A stretch of 64,000 nucleotides of DNA from Methanobacteriota archaeon (lineage in GTDB: Archaea > Halobacteriota > Bog-38 > Methanoflorentales > Methanoflorentaceae), in contig OY970393.1 of NCBI GenBank assembly GCA_963720465.1, positions 1,024,001 to 1,088,000 on the forward strand, in the 5' to 3' direction. Each line of letters opens with the position of its first letter. Position 1 is the first letter of the stretch. The notes under the pieces are model-generated. The model made no database searches. It was not told the origin of the DNA and saw nothing but the letters and a program-made list of their open reading frames with translations. Both the position numbers and the translations under genes were made by a program. Shown here piece by piece: positions 1 to 11,607 of the stretch.

Positions 1-2
1 AC

Positions 3-953
3 GTGCTTACCGAGTTTCCTGAGCTGGTTGATCCTCGCACCCAACAACCCTTGATCCAAAGAACGATCATGATCGCGAACACCTCAAACATGCCCGTGGC
101 AGCGAGAGAGGCATCGATTTATACGGGGATTACAATGGCTGAATACTACCGCGACATGGGATATGACGTCGCGCTAATGGCAGACTCGACCTCACGATGG
201 GGAGAAGCGCTTAGGGAGGTCTCAGGCCGGCTTGAAGAGATGCCTGGTGAGGAGGGATATCCAGCCTATCTCGCGACACGATTGGCCGCCTTTTACGAAC
301 GTGCCGGTAGGGTTGTTTGTTTAGGCTCTGATGGACGAGCTGGATCTATCACGGTCGTCGGGGCAGTGTCACCACCGGGAGGCGATTTCTCAGAACCGAT
401 AACACAAAACACGCTGCGGATAGCCGGCGCGTTCTGGGCCTTGGATACCAGCCTTGCGTACAGGAGACATTTCCCGGCCGTCAATTGGATCAACAGCTAT
501 AGTCTCTACATAGAAAGCGTCCAAGACTGGTTTGCAGAGAGCATCGCGCGCGACTGGAGGGAGCTCCGAGACAAAACGATGTTTCTTCTCCAAAAGGAGG
601 TCGAATTGCAGGAGATCGTCCAACTCGTGGGCCCCGATGCCTTACCAGAGAGCGAGAAGGCGATTTTAGAGGTAACGAGAATGGTGCGTGAGGACTTCCT
701 ACAACAAAGCGCGTTTGACGAGGTCGACTCTTTCTGCCCTCTAGAGAAGCAGTACTGGATGTTGAAAGCGATCCTCGCCTTCCACGATGCAATAACCGAT
801 GCGCTGAGCAAAGGGGTCTCGCTCCAGCAACTGCTCGACTTGCCAGTCAAGACCGATATCGCGCGCATGAAGGAACAAGAAGATGTGGCCACCGTCAAAG
901 GCCTCCTAGAAAAAATAGAGGCAAGTGTCGCATCTCTCGAGGTCGCACAATGA
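3..953 (+). CDS. atpA: A/V-type ATP synthase subunit A, copy 2 (5'-truncated by window edge)
   Basis: Motifs [33 protein letters not shown] and [13 protein letters not shown]. Confidence 0.96.
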   Translation: MLTEFPELVDPRTQQPLIQRTIMIANTSNMPVAAREASIYTGITMAEYYRDMGYDVALMADSTSRWGEALREVSGRLEEMPGEEGYPAYLATRLAAFYERAGRVVCLGSDGRAGSITVVGAVSPPGGDFSEPITQNTLRIAGAFWALDTSLAYRRHFPAVNWINSYSLYIESVQDWFAESIARDWRELRDKTMFLLQKEVELQEIVQLVGPDALPESEKAILEVTRMVREDFLQQSAFDEVDSFCPLEKQYWMLKAILAFHDAITDALSKGVSLQQLLDLPVKTDIARMKEQEDVATVKGLLEKIEASVASLEVAQ

Positions 954-2362
954 CTTTCCCCAGTCTGCTCACCAAAGAGTACAAAACGATCAACTACGTG
1001 TCGGGGCCGTTGATATTCACCGAGAACGTGAAAGGAGTGTCATTCGGAGAGACTGCCAAGATTACACTTCCCAATGGCGAAGAACGGACCGGTCAAGTTC
1101 TGGACGTTTCTCGAGAGCTCGCAGTTATTCAAGTCTTTGAGGGGACTAGCGGCATAGACGACCTTGAAACGCGTGTTAGATTTACTGGGGAACCGCCGAA
1201 AGTGAATGTCTCGTTTGACATGCTTGGAAGGATTTTCGACGGCGTTGGCAACCCGAGAGATGGGGGCCCTGCCATCATTTCAGAAGAAAGCGTGGATATC
1301 GCAGGGACCCCGATAAATCCGTACGCGCGAGACAAACCGGCGGACTTTATTCAAACGGGGATGTCCGCCATCGATGGCTTAAACACCCTCGTCCGTGGAC
1401 AAAAGCTGCCAATATTCTCTGGTTCCGGCTTGCCGGCAAACAGGTTAGCCGCTCAAATCGCGCGCCAGGCGAAGGTGATAGGCGAGGGAGAGAACTTTGC
1501 GGTCATTTTTGCGGCAATGGGCATTACTTACAAGGATGCGTCATTCTTCATGACGGATTTCGAACGGACGGGAGCCCTCGAGCGCGTGGTATTCTTCATG
1601 AATTTGGCAGATGACCCTACTATTGAGCGCGTTGCCACGCCTCGGTGTGCCTTGTCCGTGGCAGAATACCTTGCCTATACCCACAATCTACACGTCCTCG
1701 TTATTCTCACAGACATGACGAATTACTGCGAGGCCTTGAGAGAGATCTCCACCGCACGCGAGGAGGTGCCAGGCCGGCGCGGTTATCCAGGATACATGTA
1801 CACCGACCTTGCGTCGATCTATGAACGCGCAGGACGGATTAAAGGAAAAAGCGGATCCATTACCCAAATTCCCATACTAACGATGCCAGACGATGACATT
1901 ACCCACCCTGTGCCGGATTTGACAGGTTACATTACCGAAGGGCAAATCGTCTTGAGCAGAGATTTGTACCGAAGAGGAGTTGATCCTCCCATCGACGCGC
2001 TTCCGTGCTTGTCTCGACTAATGAACCTGGGGATTGGATCCGAAAAGACCAGGGAAGATCACCGGAACGTAGCAGATCAGCTCTACGCCTCGTACGCCTA
2101 CGGCAGAGATTTGAGACGACTGGTAGCGATTGTCGGGGAGGAGGCGCTGACTGAACTGGATAAGAAATATCTCGAATTCGCAGACGAATTTGAGCAGAGA
2201 TTCATCTCACAGGGAGATGAAGACCGAAATATCGAAACCACCTTCGCGATAGCTTGGGACCTTTTCTCAATGCTTCCTGAGGAAGAGCTCAAGCGGATCA
2301 AGTTGGATTACATTCAAAAATACCATCCGGTCTACAAGGGCAAATCACATGGAACAGGTTAA
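950..2362 (+). CDS. atpB: A/V-type ATP synthase subunit B, copy 2
   Basis: Motifs [44 protein letters not shown] and [15 protein letters not shown]. Confidence 0.96.
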   Translation: MTFPSLLTKEYKTINYVSGPLIFTENVKGVSFGETAKITLPNGEERTGQVLDVSRELAVIQVFEGTSGIDDLETRVRFTGEPPKVNVSFDMLGRIFDGVGNPRDGGPAIISEESVDIAGTPINPYARDKPADFIQTGMSAIDGLNTLVRGQKLPIFSGSGLPANRLAAQIARQAKVIGEGENFAVIFAAMGITYKDASFFMTDFERTGALERVVFFMNLADDPTIERVATPRCALSVAEYLAYTHNLHVLVILTDMTNYCEALREISTAREEVPGRRGYPGYMYTDLASIYERAGRIKGKSGSITQIPILTMPDDDITHPVPDLTGYITEGQIVLSRDLYRRGVDPPIDALPCLSRLMNLGIGSEKTREDHRNVADQLYASYAYGRDLRRLVAIVGEEALTELDKKYLEFADEFEQRFISQGDEDRNIETTFAIAWDLFSMLPEEELKRIKLDYIQKYHPVYKGKSHGTG

Positions 2363-3021
2363 TCCGACCAGGATGGAGCTCATCAAGAAGAACGCTCAAA
2401 TAAAGCTAGCGGAGCAAGGAAGAGACCTCTTGCGCGAAAAAATGGACGCCCTCATTCAGGAGTTTTTTCACATTATGGTCTCTGTCTCCAAATCACGAGA
2501 AGAACTAGAGACCGCAGCCGTCGCCGCGCAACGCTCGCTGTGCGTCGCGGAAGCGGTTGACGATCTTACAGCTTTGAAATCCGCTTCTTTTGCCACGAAG
2601 CGATTCCTGACCCTTGACATTCGCGGAAAAAACATAATGGGGGTTCCCGTTCCTCTCGTTGAGCGAAAAACGGTCACAAAAAGTGTACATCGAACGGGGG
2701 TACAGTATGATAGGGACGAGCGGCCGGATTGACGAAACCGCCGAGCGGTATGAAGCGGCGCTAGATCTGATCATCGGGCTCGCAGAAACTGAAACGTCTC
2801 TTCGAAGGCTCGGAGACGAGATTCAAATGAATAGAAGACGCGTAAATGCCCTCGAACAAGTACTCATACCTGAGCTAAAAAGGCAAGCGAAATACATCAA
2901 GATATCAATCGAAGAGCGGGAGAGGGAGGATTTGTATCGGCTAAAGAAGGTTAAAAAGATCCTCGAAAGAAGACGGAACGCCACAAAGAAAAAACAGCCT
3001 GCTTCTATAGGCGCCGCATAA
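2349..3021 (+). pseudogene. atpD: A/V-type ATP synthase subunit D, copy 2, split by a +1 frameshift near 2678-2688 (or a sequencing error)
   Basis: N-half (PTRMEL..., NIMGVPVP) is in ORF 2349-2732; C-half (ERGYSMIG, RRRVNALEQVLIP, EEREREDLYRLK) is in ORF 2659-3021. Removing one base restores KSVIERGY, matching KSIDERGY in copy 1. Confidence 0.85.
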
Positions 3022-3087
3022 TCCGATCGACTGGGCTGTTCGACTGGTAAAAAAACCTCTACACCTTCTCGGGACCGGTAACAAGGA

Positions 3088-3417
3088 CTATTCTTTAGTT
3101 ATTATCGCAGTGCAAACCTCATCAATCGCTATTTTTTCCGGTTTTTCCTTGCTACTCACTTCATTTGCGATTTCGATGATTACCTGTAAATCTTTCTTGG
3201 TCAACCTTGCGAAAGAGATGCCCTCCCAATCGCTTCGCTTGATGCAGACCCACGCCTCACCTAAGATGTACTTAAGCACGTCAATGTCTGTTGAAGTGAA
3301 TGACTTCCACTCAGAGGGCATTTTTCGCCGTATTTTTTCGAGTGCAACTTCGACGGCTTTTTCCTTGTGTATTTGAAATAACCGTCTTCCAACTTCCTCG
3401 TCATGGGCTTCAGGCAT
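3088..3417 (-). CDS. Hypothetical protein (109 aa) between the two ATP synthase operons
   Basis: Protein-like composition, ATG start, fills the intergenic gap; no recognised motif. Confidence 0.6.
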   Translation of the reverse strand: MPEAHDEEVGRRLFQIHKEKAVEVALEKIRRKMPSEWKSFTSTDIDVLKYILGEAWVCIKRSDWEGISFARLTKKDLQVIIEIANEVSSKEKPEKIAIDEVCTAIITKE

Positions 3418-3633
3418 AACACTACCCTAATCGTATTCGAGCTACGTTTAGATATCTTTTTTGCCAATCAATTCCTACGAGCTGCAGATCGAACCTAGCA
3501 GCCTGTTCGCGCGAACAGAGCCTCCACTTTTTCCGTGGATCGGTGGTTATGCGCAATGCGCCGACTGCACATTCCGCAGTGGTGTCTCAGATGAACGACT
3601 GGGTGGGATACTTTACAGACGAAAAGATCTGCA

Positions 3634-4275
3634 TTACGCGGCTTCAGAACTCGCCGCTTTTTTCTTGATTTTCTTAAGCCGGAAAATATTTTCGCGTTCC
3701 ATCTCTTCGAGCCTGAACATGATAAACGCCTCGGCTTCTTTCAAGTCCGGTATCACCCGAAATTCAAGTGCGTTTACGCGACGCTTAATCCTTTCAATTT
3801 CCATAAGCAGTCGCTTAACGGCGGTTTCGACTTCCGCCGCACGTATAATCTTGTCTAGCAGCTCTTCGTATGCAGCTGCCGCCTCGTCAATCGCCGATGA
3901 TGTCCCTATTATGCCATAACCGCGCTCATCTATGCTCTTGCTGATAGTAGCGAAAGATACTTCCGGGACGGTGACCCCCATTAAGCTCCTGCTCGTTAAA
4001 GTGACCTCTGGCTTGTGCTTCAAAGCAAACGCGGCGGAATACACTTCTATTACGCCTTCGACCATTTCCGCGACATCAATCTTCTCCTTTGCAATTTTGT
4101 ACGCGTTCGCTAAGTCTATACTCGCATCTTTCGCCTTTTCAAGGACGTCAAAGAATTCCAGCAAGAGCCCGTCCCGCTTCATCTTCAGCAGGTTGTAGCC
4201 CGACTCCGACAACCGTATTTTCTTCTTAATTTCGAGCAGTTCCGATCGTGTTGGTTTTACTTCCCTTAAGGCCAT
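3634..4275 (-). CDS. atpD: A-type ATP synthase subunit D
   Basis: Motifs KPTRSEL, LLKMKRD and KRRVNALEFRVIP. Confidence 0.95.
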   Translation of the reverse strand: MALREVKPTRSELLEIKKKIRLSESGYNLLKMKRDGLLLEFFDVLEKAKDASIDLANAYKIAKEKIDVAEMVEGVIEVYSAAFALKHKPEVTLTSRSLMGVTVPEVSFATISKSIDERGYGIIGTSSAIDEAAAAYEELLDKIIRAAEVETAVKRLLMEIERIKRRVNALEFRVIPDLKEAEAFIMFRLEEMERENIFRLKKIKKKAASSEAA

Positions 4276-4346
4276 GCGCTCTCCTTAGTCGAACAGGGAT
4301 TCTGGCGCTACGTGTGTACGCCGCCTACGCCTTGTCTAAAGCCACG

Positions 4347-5756
4347 CTAGGAAGAGACTGCGGGCACGGGCTCCTCAGCCTTTTTCGCGACGTGTGCCGG
4401 ATGATATTTCTCGATAAGTTTCCTGTCAATTCTGGTCAGTTGCGCTTCCGGCAACGTTGCAAGCAAGTCCCAGCCGAGTTGGAGCGTTTCTTCTATACCG
4501 CGATCTTCCTCGTAACCCTGTCGTACGAATTTATCCTCGAAGATATCTGCAAACTCGAGCAACGTTTTGTCACGATCGGAGAGTGACTCTTTCCCGACGA
4601 TCGCCACAAGCCCGCGCAGATCTTTGCCCTCGGCGTACCCTGCATAAAGCTGGTCCGATACCGCCTTATGGTCTTCACGCGTCTTTCCAACGCCTATGCC
4701 CGAATTCATCAGGCGTGAGAGCGAGGGGAGAACGTTCACTGGCGGATATATGCCCCTCCTGTGCAGTTCACGCGATATCACGAACTGCCCTTCCGTAATA
4801 TACCCCGTAAGGTCAGGAATTGGGTGGGTGATATCGTCGCCAGGCATGGTGAGAATCGGGATTTGCGTAATCGAACCTGTTTTACCGCGGATTCGTCCTG
4901 CGCGTTCATAGATCGACGCAAGGTCGGTGTACATGTATCCTGGGTAGCCTCGCCGGCCCGGCACCTCTTCGCGGGCAGCGCCAATCTGCCGCAGCGCTTC
5001 GCAATAATTTGTCATGTCGGTGAGAATAACGAGCACGTGCATATCGTGTTCGTAGGCGAGGTACTCAGCCGCTGTGAGCGCAAGCCTTGGGGTAATGAGC
5101 CGCTCAATTGCAGGATCATCCGCAAGGTTCAAGAACACGACGGCCCGCTCAAGCGCCCCAGTTCTCTCAAAGTCGTTCATAAAATGTCGCGCTTCTTCTG
5201 CGGTGATGCCCATGGCGACGAAAATGACGGCAAAGGCTTCTTCTGCACCCAATACTTTCGCCTGCCGCGCAATTTGCAGCGCCAAGTCGTTATGGGGGAG
5301 ACCCGATCCCGAGAAAATGGGCAATTTCTGCCCTCGAACGAGGGTATTCATTCCGTCTATCGTGGAAATGCCGGTTTGGATGAATTCAGATGGGTTATCT
5401 CGTGCATAGGGGTTAATCGCCGCGCCCGTTATGTCGAGTCGCTTTTCCGGCACGATTTCTGGACCGCCATCAAGCGGTTCACCTGATCCTGAGAGTATTC
5501 GGCCGAGTATTTCGGTCGAGACCGGCATCTTGATAACTTCACCGGTAAACCGTATTTTCGAGTGTCGGTCAATGCCCGCAGTCGTTTCGAATACTTGAAG
5601 TGCTACCAACTTTTCGGACGTGTCAAGAACCTGTCCTCTTTTCACAGTTCCGTCTGCGAGGATGACGTTGACAAGCTCCATATACCCAACAGGCTCTGTT
5701 TTCTCAACGAAAACGAGGGGCCCCGCAATGGATGTTATTGTTCGATACTCTTTCAT
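4347..5756 (-). CDS. atpB: A-type ATP synthase subunit B
   Basis: MKEYRTI start, [26 protein letters not shown] and [13 protein letters not shown]. Confidence 0.97.
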   Translation of the reverse strand: MKEYRTITSIAGPLVFVEKTEPVGYMELVNVILADGTVKRGQVLDTSEKLVALQVFETTAGIDRHSKIRFTGEVIKMPVSTEILGRILSGSGEPLDGGPEIVPEKRLDITGAAINPYARDNPSEFIQTGISTIDGMNTLVRGQKLPIFSGSGLPHNDLALQIARQAKVLGAEEAFAVIFVAMGITAEEARHFMNDFERTGALERAVVFLNLADDPAIERLITPRLALTAAEYLAYEHDMHVLVILTDMTNYCEALRQIGAAREEVPGRRGYPGYMYTDLASIYERAGRIRGKTGSITQIPILTMPGDDITHPIPDLTGYITEGQFVISRELHRRGIYPPVNVLPSLSRLMNSGIGVGKTREDHKAVSDQLYAGYAEGKDLRGLVAIVGKESLSDRDKTLLEFADIFEDKFVRQGYEEDRGIEETLQLGWDLLATLPEAQLTRIDRKLIEKYHPAHVAKKAEEPVPAVSS

Positions 5757-5766
5757 TTTCTTCACC

Positions 5767-7494
5767 CTATGCTAGTTCCGCTCGCAGGGCTGTTTCAATC
5801 TCTTCAAGCTTGGTCCCGTATTCTGCTTCAAACTTGATCTGCGCCAGCTCCGACTTTGCTGGGACGTTCATGATCTCATCGACGAGTCTGCCCATATTGA
5901 GAGCTTTTCTCGCAAGATCGTCATAAACCATGATAGCAGCGAGAATATCGTGTTGCTTTTGAAGGGGACAGTACGTATCAACCTCGTGATACGCATTTTG
6001 CTGCAAAAAGTACTCGCGAATCATCCGCGCAACCTCCAGGGTTAGCTGCTCATCATCAGGGAGCGCATCAGATCCGACTAGTTGCACGACTTCCTGAAGT
6101 TCACTTTCTTTCTGGAGTATCGCCATAGCCCGCATTCTGAGTTCTTCCCAATCTCCGGCGACATGATCGACAAACCATTCCGCGAGGTTTTGCGTATAGA
6201 GGCTATATGAATCGAGCCAGTTAATAGAGGGGAAATGGCGCCGTTGTGAGAGCTTGCTGTCGAGAGCCCAAAATACTTTCACTATCCGGAGTGTATTTTG
6301 CGTCACAGGTTCCGAGAAATCGCCTCCTGGAGGGCTCACCGCCCCGATAACGGTGATAGAACCTTCGTTACCGCCAAGTGTTTTGACACGCCCCGAACGC
6401 TCATAGAACTCAGAGAGCCGTGCGGCGAGATAGGCAGGATATCCTTCCTCGCCGGGCATTTCCTCCAGACGTGAAGAGATCTCACGCATAGCCTCAGCCC
6501 ATCGTGACGTCGAGTCTGCCATAAGGGAAACGTCATACCCCATATCGCGGAAATACTCAGCGATGGTCACGCCGGTATAGACCGACGCCTCGCGGGCTGC
6601 TACCGGCATATTTGAGGTATTTGCTACGAGTACGGTACGATCCATGAGCGGCGCGTTTGTTTGGGGGTCTAGAAGCTCCGGAAATTCGGTGAGCACGTCA
6701 GCCATTTCATTGCCGCGCTCTCCGCAGCCGATGTACACCACAATCTGTGTGTCCGACCATTTCGCGAGTTGTTGCTGCGCGACCGTCTTTCCAGAACCAA
6801 AAGGCCCGGGAATAGCTGCAGTTCCGCCTTTCGCCACAGGGAATAGTGCATCCAGAATCCGTTGCCCCGTAACGAGGGGGGTGTCAGGCATTAACTTCTC
6901 AACCGATGGTCTCGACACACGAACCGGCCACTCCTGCATGAGCTTGAGTTCTGTTCCGTCGTCAAGAGTGCAAATAACGTCGTCTACCGTGTGTTCTCCG
7001 GACTCTATCGTCTTTATCGTTCCGCCTTTCTCGGGAGGAACCATGATCTTGTGCTGTAAGTGCGGCGTCTCTTGCACGTGGCCGATAGTTTGACCCGCGT
7101 GGACCTCCTCGCCGGGCTTAACCTCCGACACGAAGTCCCACTTCTTTGAATGGTCGAGTCCTGATGCGGCGACGCCCCTCTCGATGAAGTCACCCAGTTG
7201 CGCATTCAACACTGGAAGCGGCCGTTGAATGCCGTCATAAATTGAACTTAAGAGCCCGGGCCCCAGCTCAACGGAAAGCGGCAACCCCGTGTTCTCCACA
7301 GGCTCACCGGGCCTTAGGCCTGACGTATCCTCATAAACTTGAATGATGAACTTGTCCTGATCGATCTCGATGACCTCTCCCATGAGGCCTTCGTCACCAA
7401 CCTTTACGAGGTCATACATCTTTGCTTCGATCCCGACAACAGTAACGACGGGCCCTGCAACCCGATATATCCTGCCCTTTTGCTCTACTTCCAC
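5767..7494 (-). CDS. atpA: A-type ATP synthase subunit A
   Basis: Walker [17 protein letters not shown] and [13 protein letters not shown]; 575 aa, no intein. Confidence 0.97.
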   Translation of the reverse strand: MEVEQKGRIYRVAGPVVTVVGIEAKMYDLVKVGDEGLMGEVIEIDQDKFIIQVYEDTSGLRPGEPVENTGLPLSVELGPGLLSSIYDGIQRPLPVLNAQLGDFIERGVAASGLDHSKKWDFVSEVKPGEEVHAGQTIGHVQETPHLQHKIMVPPEKGGTIKTIESGEHTVDDVICTLDDGTELKLMQEWPVRVSRPSVEKLMPDTPLVTGQRILDALFPVAKGGTAAIPGPFGSGKTVAQQQLAKWSDTQIVVYIGCGERGNEMADVLTEFPELLDPQTNAPLMDRTVLVANTSNMPVAAREASVYTGVTIAEYFRDMGYDVSLMADSTSRWAEAMREISSRLEEMPGEEGYPAYLAARLSEFYERSGRVKTLGGNEGSITVIGAVSPPGGDFSEPVTQNTLRIVKVFWALDSKLSQRRHFPSINWLDSYSLYTQNLAEWFVDHVAGDWEELRMRAMAILQKESELQEVVQLVGSDALPDDEQLTLEVARMIREYFLQQNAYHEVDTYCPLQKQHDILAAIMVYDDLARKALNMGRLVDEIMNVPAKSELAQIKFEAEYGTKLEEIETALRAELA

Positions 7495-7796
7495 AAGTCA
7501 ACACCTACAGATCGCTTTATCTTCTCTCGCAAATGCGTGCGTTCTTCTCCGGCGCCGCCAATTGAGATGACGGTCGGTTCGATGGAGTCGTCTAAGGCTA
7601 TGCGCAAAGGCATCGACACCTTTTCCACATCGTCGCTATTCATGATTAATATGCCAATGTCCTCGTCCTTTAAGGCCTCCTTAAGTGTCGGCTCCAAATC
7701 AGCATCGGTAGTGATGAATGTTTTCCGCACGCCGGCCAATAGAAAGCCTGTCACAAAATCAGCGCTGCCAACAACTGCAACTTCCACGCAACTCAC
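7485..7796 (-). CDS. atpF: A-type ATP synthase subunit F
   Basis: [17 protein letters not shown] and C-terminal [14 protein letters not shown]; operon position. Confidence 0.93.
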   Translation of the reverse strand: MSCVEVAVVGSADFVTGFLLAGVRKTFITTDADLEPTLKEALKDEDIGILIMNSDDVEKVSMPLRIALDDSIEPTVISIGGAGEERTHLREKIKRSVGVDLWK

Positions 7797-7831
7797 CGCA
7801 TTACAAAACGTTTGCCCTAAACTATATTCTT

Positions 7832-8902
7832 CTATAGTGCCAGATGGTCTTTAATGATTTCTTGCGATAGTCCCGCCTCTTTGCCTCGCACTATCGCTTG
7901 GATGTTGTCCACTTCTGCGTCTTTGCTCAGCATGTACCCCGGCATGGGCAGCACTGTCAACGGATTGAACGTAGAGATCTTCCACACGTGCTCGTTCAAG
8001 TATTTGTCCAGCCTCAGTTCGATCTTGCTCAATGATTCCATTCGCTCTGTGACGAGGTCAGAAATAGCGCTCCAATACCGATATTTGCCCAACAAAGCTA
8101 CAAATTCGTCGAAGGGCACATCAGCCATCTTCTCGATCTCCTTGTCTGAGAGATACAGTCCGCCCGGTATGACATATTCAAGGACGCGCGAGCCTGAAAT
8201 GCCTGCATTTTTCAACCTGAATAATGTTTTTAAGTTGGCGACGTCGATCTCCATTTTAATGACGGTCAAGTACAGCGAAGAGCCGCCTATTCTCGATACG
8301 AGGTCCACCATTCTTGCATAATAGAACTTGTCAAGTTCGTCTTCAACCTTCATCGAAGATTCGGTGTAGCCAATATCTTTGATGACATCATAATAGACGG
8401 TGCCTTTCAATGCAGCGATAACCTCTTCAACACTGGGCTTCCGTACGAGAGTCTGCAGGTACTCGCGCGCTAGCTCGCCACTGGGGACCAGGATCCTCAC
8501 TATCTCCTCATCGGAAGCTCCGTACATTTTTCCTCGCAGTATAGTTTTAATGTTCCAGATGTCCCAGCGTCTGAGATATTCCACGATCAAGTCGTGAGGT
8601 TCGCCCATCGTCATCTCCATGAGCTTGGTGAATGTCCTCGCCAAGTTCAGGTGCGTAGCGAACTCAACTAAATCTATGCCTGAGTACGTGCGCGCCAGTT
8701 CGTCGACTTCAGCTTTGTACTCCGACTCTTCAATAAATCGGGTTATTTCAGGAAGGGCCATGACAAGGAGTTTTGCATAGGTCTCCTTCGGAAAGAGCTT
8801 CACCTTCATTGCGTGCACTCGTGCAGTGCCATAGGCGTATCTCGCTCTGGGCGCAGATCCTGAAGATTTGCCCTTTTTTGGCCGCGTGTACATTGCGCTC
8901 AC
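7832..8902 (-). CDS. atpC: A-type ATP synthase subunit C
   Basis: YAYGTARVHAMK, WDIWNIKTILRGK and EVDNIQAIVRGK; operon position. Confidence 0.92.
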   Translation of the reverse strand: MSAMYTRPKKGKSSGSAPRARYAYGTARVHAMKVKLFPKETYAKLLVMALPEITRFIEESEYKAEVDELARTYSGIDLVEFATHLNLARTFTKLMEMTMGEPHDLIVEYLRRWDIWNIKTILRGKMYGASDEEIVRILVPSGELAREYLQTLVRKPSVEEVIAALKGTVYYDVIKDIGYTESSMKVEDELDKFYYARMVDLVSRIGGSSLYLTVIKMEIDVANLKTLFRLKNAGISGSRVLEYVIPGGLYLSDKEIEKMADVPFDEFVALLGKYRYWSAISDLVTERMESLSKIELRLDKYLNEHVWKISTFNPLTVLPMPGYMLSKDAEVDNIQAIVRGKEAGLSQEIIKDHLAL

Positions 8903-9447
8903 ACGTTCAAAATTTCTAAGAGCTGCTTCAAAGACGTCTCACGCACGTTCCTGAGAAGCGTGTCGAAGGTCAGGTCGTGTATGACTGTGCCATCTTCATT
9001 TTCCAAAACTATGCCGCCTGAACAGAGAATCGTGCCACCATATTCCAAGTCGGTGATTCGTCTCACTATGGACTCGTCGCTTTTGTTTGAAAAAATACGC
9101 TTTGAGTCAGTGTGTGATTCGAGCAGCCTCTTGATGAGGGTTTCTCGCTCCGATTCAGAAAGTGCAGCCAGCGATCCCAAGGCTTCGGCATATACGTTGT
9201 CAAGCAGTTGTTTCTTCGCGTTGAGGATCGATCGCTTAACATCAAGATTCGCGCTGGATATTTCTCTGTTTTTTCGACGCTCAATTTGTTGGACTGCCTG
9301 CTCTCGTCTTTCTTCGAGGATCTGACGCGCTGTGTTTTCGGCCCCTCCGATTATGGCATTGGCTTCGTCCGTTCCTTCTTGCCTGATGCGGTTCGCTTCC
9401 TCCTCTCCTCGCGCTAGGACGTCCTTGACGACGACTTCCAAGCCCAT
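8899..9447 (-). CDS. atpE: A-type ATP synthase subunit E
   Basis: MGLEVVV start, coiled-coil N-terminus, GGIVLENEDG...DLTFD. Confidence 0.92.
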   Translation of the reverse strand: MGLEVVVKDVLARGEEEANRIRQEGTDEANAIIGGAENTARQILEERREQAVQQIERRKNREISSANLDVKRSILNAKKQLLDNVYAEALGSLAALSESERETLIKRLLESHTDSKRIFSNKSDESIVRRITDLEYGGTILCSGGIVLENEDGTVIHDLTFDTLLRNVRETSLKQLLEILNV

Positions 9448-9453
9448 AGGTCC

Positions 9454-9693
9454 TCAGATTGTAGGCATAGTCACAAAGAGCAGTATCAAGGCCACGACGA
9501 GCCCGAAAATTACAATAGACTCCGGAATGACGGTCATGACCAGACCCCTCCCGAAGAAGCCTTCGTCTTCAGCCATGACTCCGATGGCTGCCGAACCAAT
9601 GACTTGCTCGCCCAAGGCGGCTGCGATTCCCGTGGCGCCGACCGCTATGGCTGCGGCCAAAGCGACCATACCTCCTCCAATTGGATCTACCAT
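9454..9693 (-). CDS. atpK: A-type ATP synthase subunit K/c (single hairpin proteolipid)
   Basis: Two hydrophobic helices; IGSAAIGVMAE...VIPESIVIFG with the ion-binding Glu. Confidence 0.95.
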   Translation of the reverse strand: MVDPIGGGMVALAAAIAVGATGIAAALGEQVIGSAAIGVMAEDEGFFGRGLVMTVIPESIVIFGLVVALILLFVTMPTI

Positions 9694-11607
9694 TTATTGT
9701 TCCTCCGTATATTTTCTCTTAAAACCAAACGGCCTATATTTCGTTCCGCCTCCACTATAGAACTTCGTGAAGAACTCCACGTAGTGCAATCTCAAGGATT
9801 GCAAGCCTGAATCCAAAATGCCGAGCGCAGTATTCACCGCGTGGCCAACGATTAGCATTAGCACTCCCAAAATGACGAAAACCCCGCCCCGGGAGAAGAA
9901 GAGCGCATATGACAGCTTATTTACTGCAAGAGCGATACCGGCCGAAGAAATGCCTATCGAGAGCAATCGCGAATAAGAGAGCACATTAGACAGAAGCGTC
10001 GGAAGCTCAGCGATGCCGATGATGCCTTCACCCATTATCAAGAATATGAAGCCTACTACGGCGACTGCCAAGCCGGCCAACAACGGGGGAGATATGCTGA
10101 TAGCAGTTCCCGACGTAAGAGGCGGCAAGATCTGAATGATCACGAGTACCCCACCCCACAGCAGAAGAAGCCAGCTTACTTTCGCGAATACGGCGTGCTT
10201 CAGCCCGTGCTGTCGATATTCGTTGACAAATCCGAGTACATACCCGAGCGTGAGCATGAGGATGCCAATAACTAAGGTAACCAGAAGCAACGTGAGAACG
10301 TTCTCAAAACGGGGAATAGTCGGATAAGCGTAAGAGGACAGAATCAAACCGCTTTTCCCAACTAGCTCGACGCCGAAGAACTCATTGTAGATAAGTCCGA
10401 ACACGAGCGATAATACCCCTGCATAGACCAGGATCTTGGCCAAATCGCGAATGCCTTTCGATTTCAGCATTCGCATCACCAACAAGCCTATTACGATAAT
10501 CACGACTCCGTACCCAATATCTCCCAGCATCAGGGCGAAGAGAAAAGGATAAATCAGAGCGACAAACGTCGTTGGGTCGATCTCGTTGTACTTCGGAAGT
10601 GAAAAGGCCCTCACAAGCACCTCAAAAGGTTCTGAAGGCATCGGGTTTTCGAGTGCTATGGGAACTTTTTCTGGGCTGACTACCTCCGATGCATCAGTGG
10701 CCACCATGACGTGACCTTCAGTCGCGCGATCGACGTCGCTTTGGACGCGTTCAAGCTTCTTTGTGGGAATCCAGCCCTCAACGATGAATGCGTTCTTCGT
10801 CGTGGCGAATCGCAGCGGAGCTTCAGCCTTTTGTGTTGCTACCGAGAGGTACTCGTCTGAAGCGAGAATGTAATCGATGTATTTTTCCCGGAGCGCGTTT
10901 AGATCCTTCTGGCTCTCTTCTTTTTCGGATTCAAGTTCGGTACGCTGTGCATCGAGATTTACGAGTATGTCCTTCGGGGTGCCCTCCATTTCAGGGAGCG
11001 AAAGCGCTGAATAGTTCTGGTCTTGCAAGCGTTTCAGAACATCGTCCTCAAATGCCCTAGGCACAAAAAGGGCGATGGCGTGCCCCCTGCCATAGGGCAC
11101 AGTTTCGAGCTCATAGTCATTGGTGATATCGCTGATCGCAGGCGACCCTTTCAGTGTCCCGACAAACACCGTTAACGAGCGATAGCCGCCATACAGATCG
11201 AGTGGCAGGTCAAAGCTCTTCAGAGGGTCGAGCAATCGCTTTTTGTCGTTGATGTCTTTGATGCGCGAATCGATATCGCTTATCTTGTGTGTTACTTGCG
11301 TAAGGTCAAAATTAAGGCGCTCCGTTTTCTCATCGATCTCATCGGAAATAGCGCCTTCAGGGTACTTACTTTGAATGTCCTCTTTGCCTGTGATGTGGAG
11401 ATAACTCGCTATAGAGCGCAGGGATACGGCCCGCTCTGAGAGCTTGGTGGCGCTAGCGTACGGCGTGCCGATCTTGAAGTCTTCATCTTCATCAACGAAG
11501 TCGGTAATGTGGACAACATTATGCTTATGCAGGACATCTATCGCGACGCCCATATAGTCTTTCGATCCGGCAATGATGACCTTCGTCATCGCTTGCGGCT
11601 CAAACAT
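9694..11607 (-). CDS. atpI: A-type ATP synthase subunit I/a
   Basis: PKYNEIDPT, GDIGYG, SNVLSYSRL and RLHYVEFFTKFY; start refined to MFEPQAM at 11607. Confidence 0.95.
   Translation of the reverse strand: MFEPQAMTKVIIAGSKDYMGVAIDVLHKHNVVHITDFVDEDEDFKIGTPYASATKLSERAVSLRSIASYLHITGKEDIQSKYPEGAISDEIDEKTERLNFDLTQVTHKISDIDSRIKDINDKKRLLDPLKSFDLPLDLYGGYRSLTVFVGTLKGSPAISDITNDYELETVPYGRGHAIALFVPRAFEDDVLKRLQDQNYSALSLPEMEGTPKDILVNLDAQRTELESEKEESQKDLNALREKYIDYILASDEYLSVATQKAEAPLRFATTKNAFIVEGWIPTKKLERVQSDVDRATEGHVMVATDASEVVSPEKVPIALENPMPSEPFEVLVRAFSLPKYNEIDPTTFVALIYPFLFALMLGDIGYGVVIIVIGLLVMRMLKSKGIRDLAKILVYAGVLSLVFGLIYNEFFGVELVGKSGLILSSYAYPTIPRFENVLTLLLVTLVIGILMLTLGYVLGFVNEYRQHGLKHAVFAKVSWLLLLWGGVLVIIQILPPLTSGTAISISPPLLAGLAVAVVGFIFLIMGEGIIGIAELPTLLSNVLSYSRLLSIGISSAGIALAVNKLSYALFFSRGGVFVILGVLMLIVGHAVNTALGILDSGLQSLRLHYVEFFTKFYSGGGTKYRPFGFKRKYTEEQ

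Noticed and set aside
5767-7494. Intein in ATP synthase subunit A
   Set aside because: Normal 575-aa length and a continuous GSGKTV P-loop.
9454-9693. Ion specificity from the c-subunit PES motif
   Set aside because: It resembles ordinary Methanomicrobia-type c subunits; Na+ versus H+ cannot be assigned by eye.
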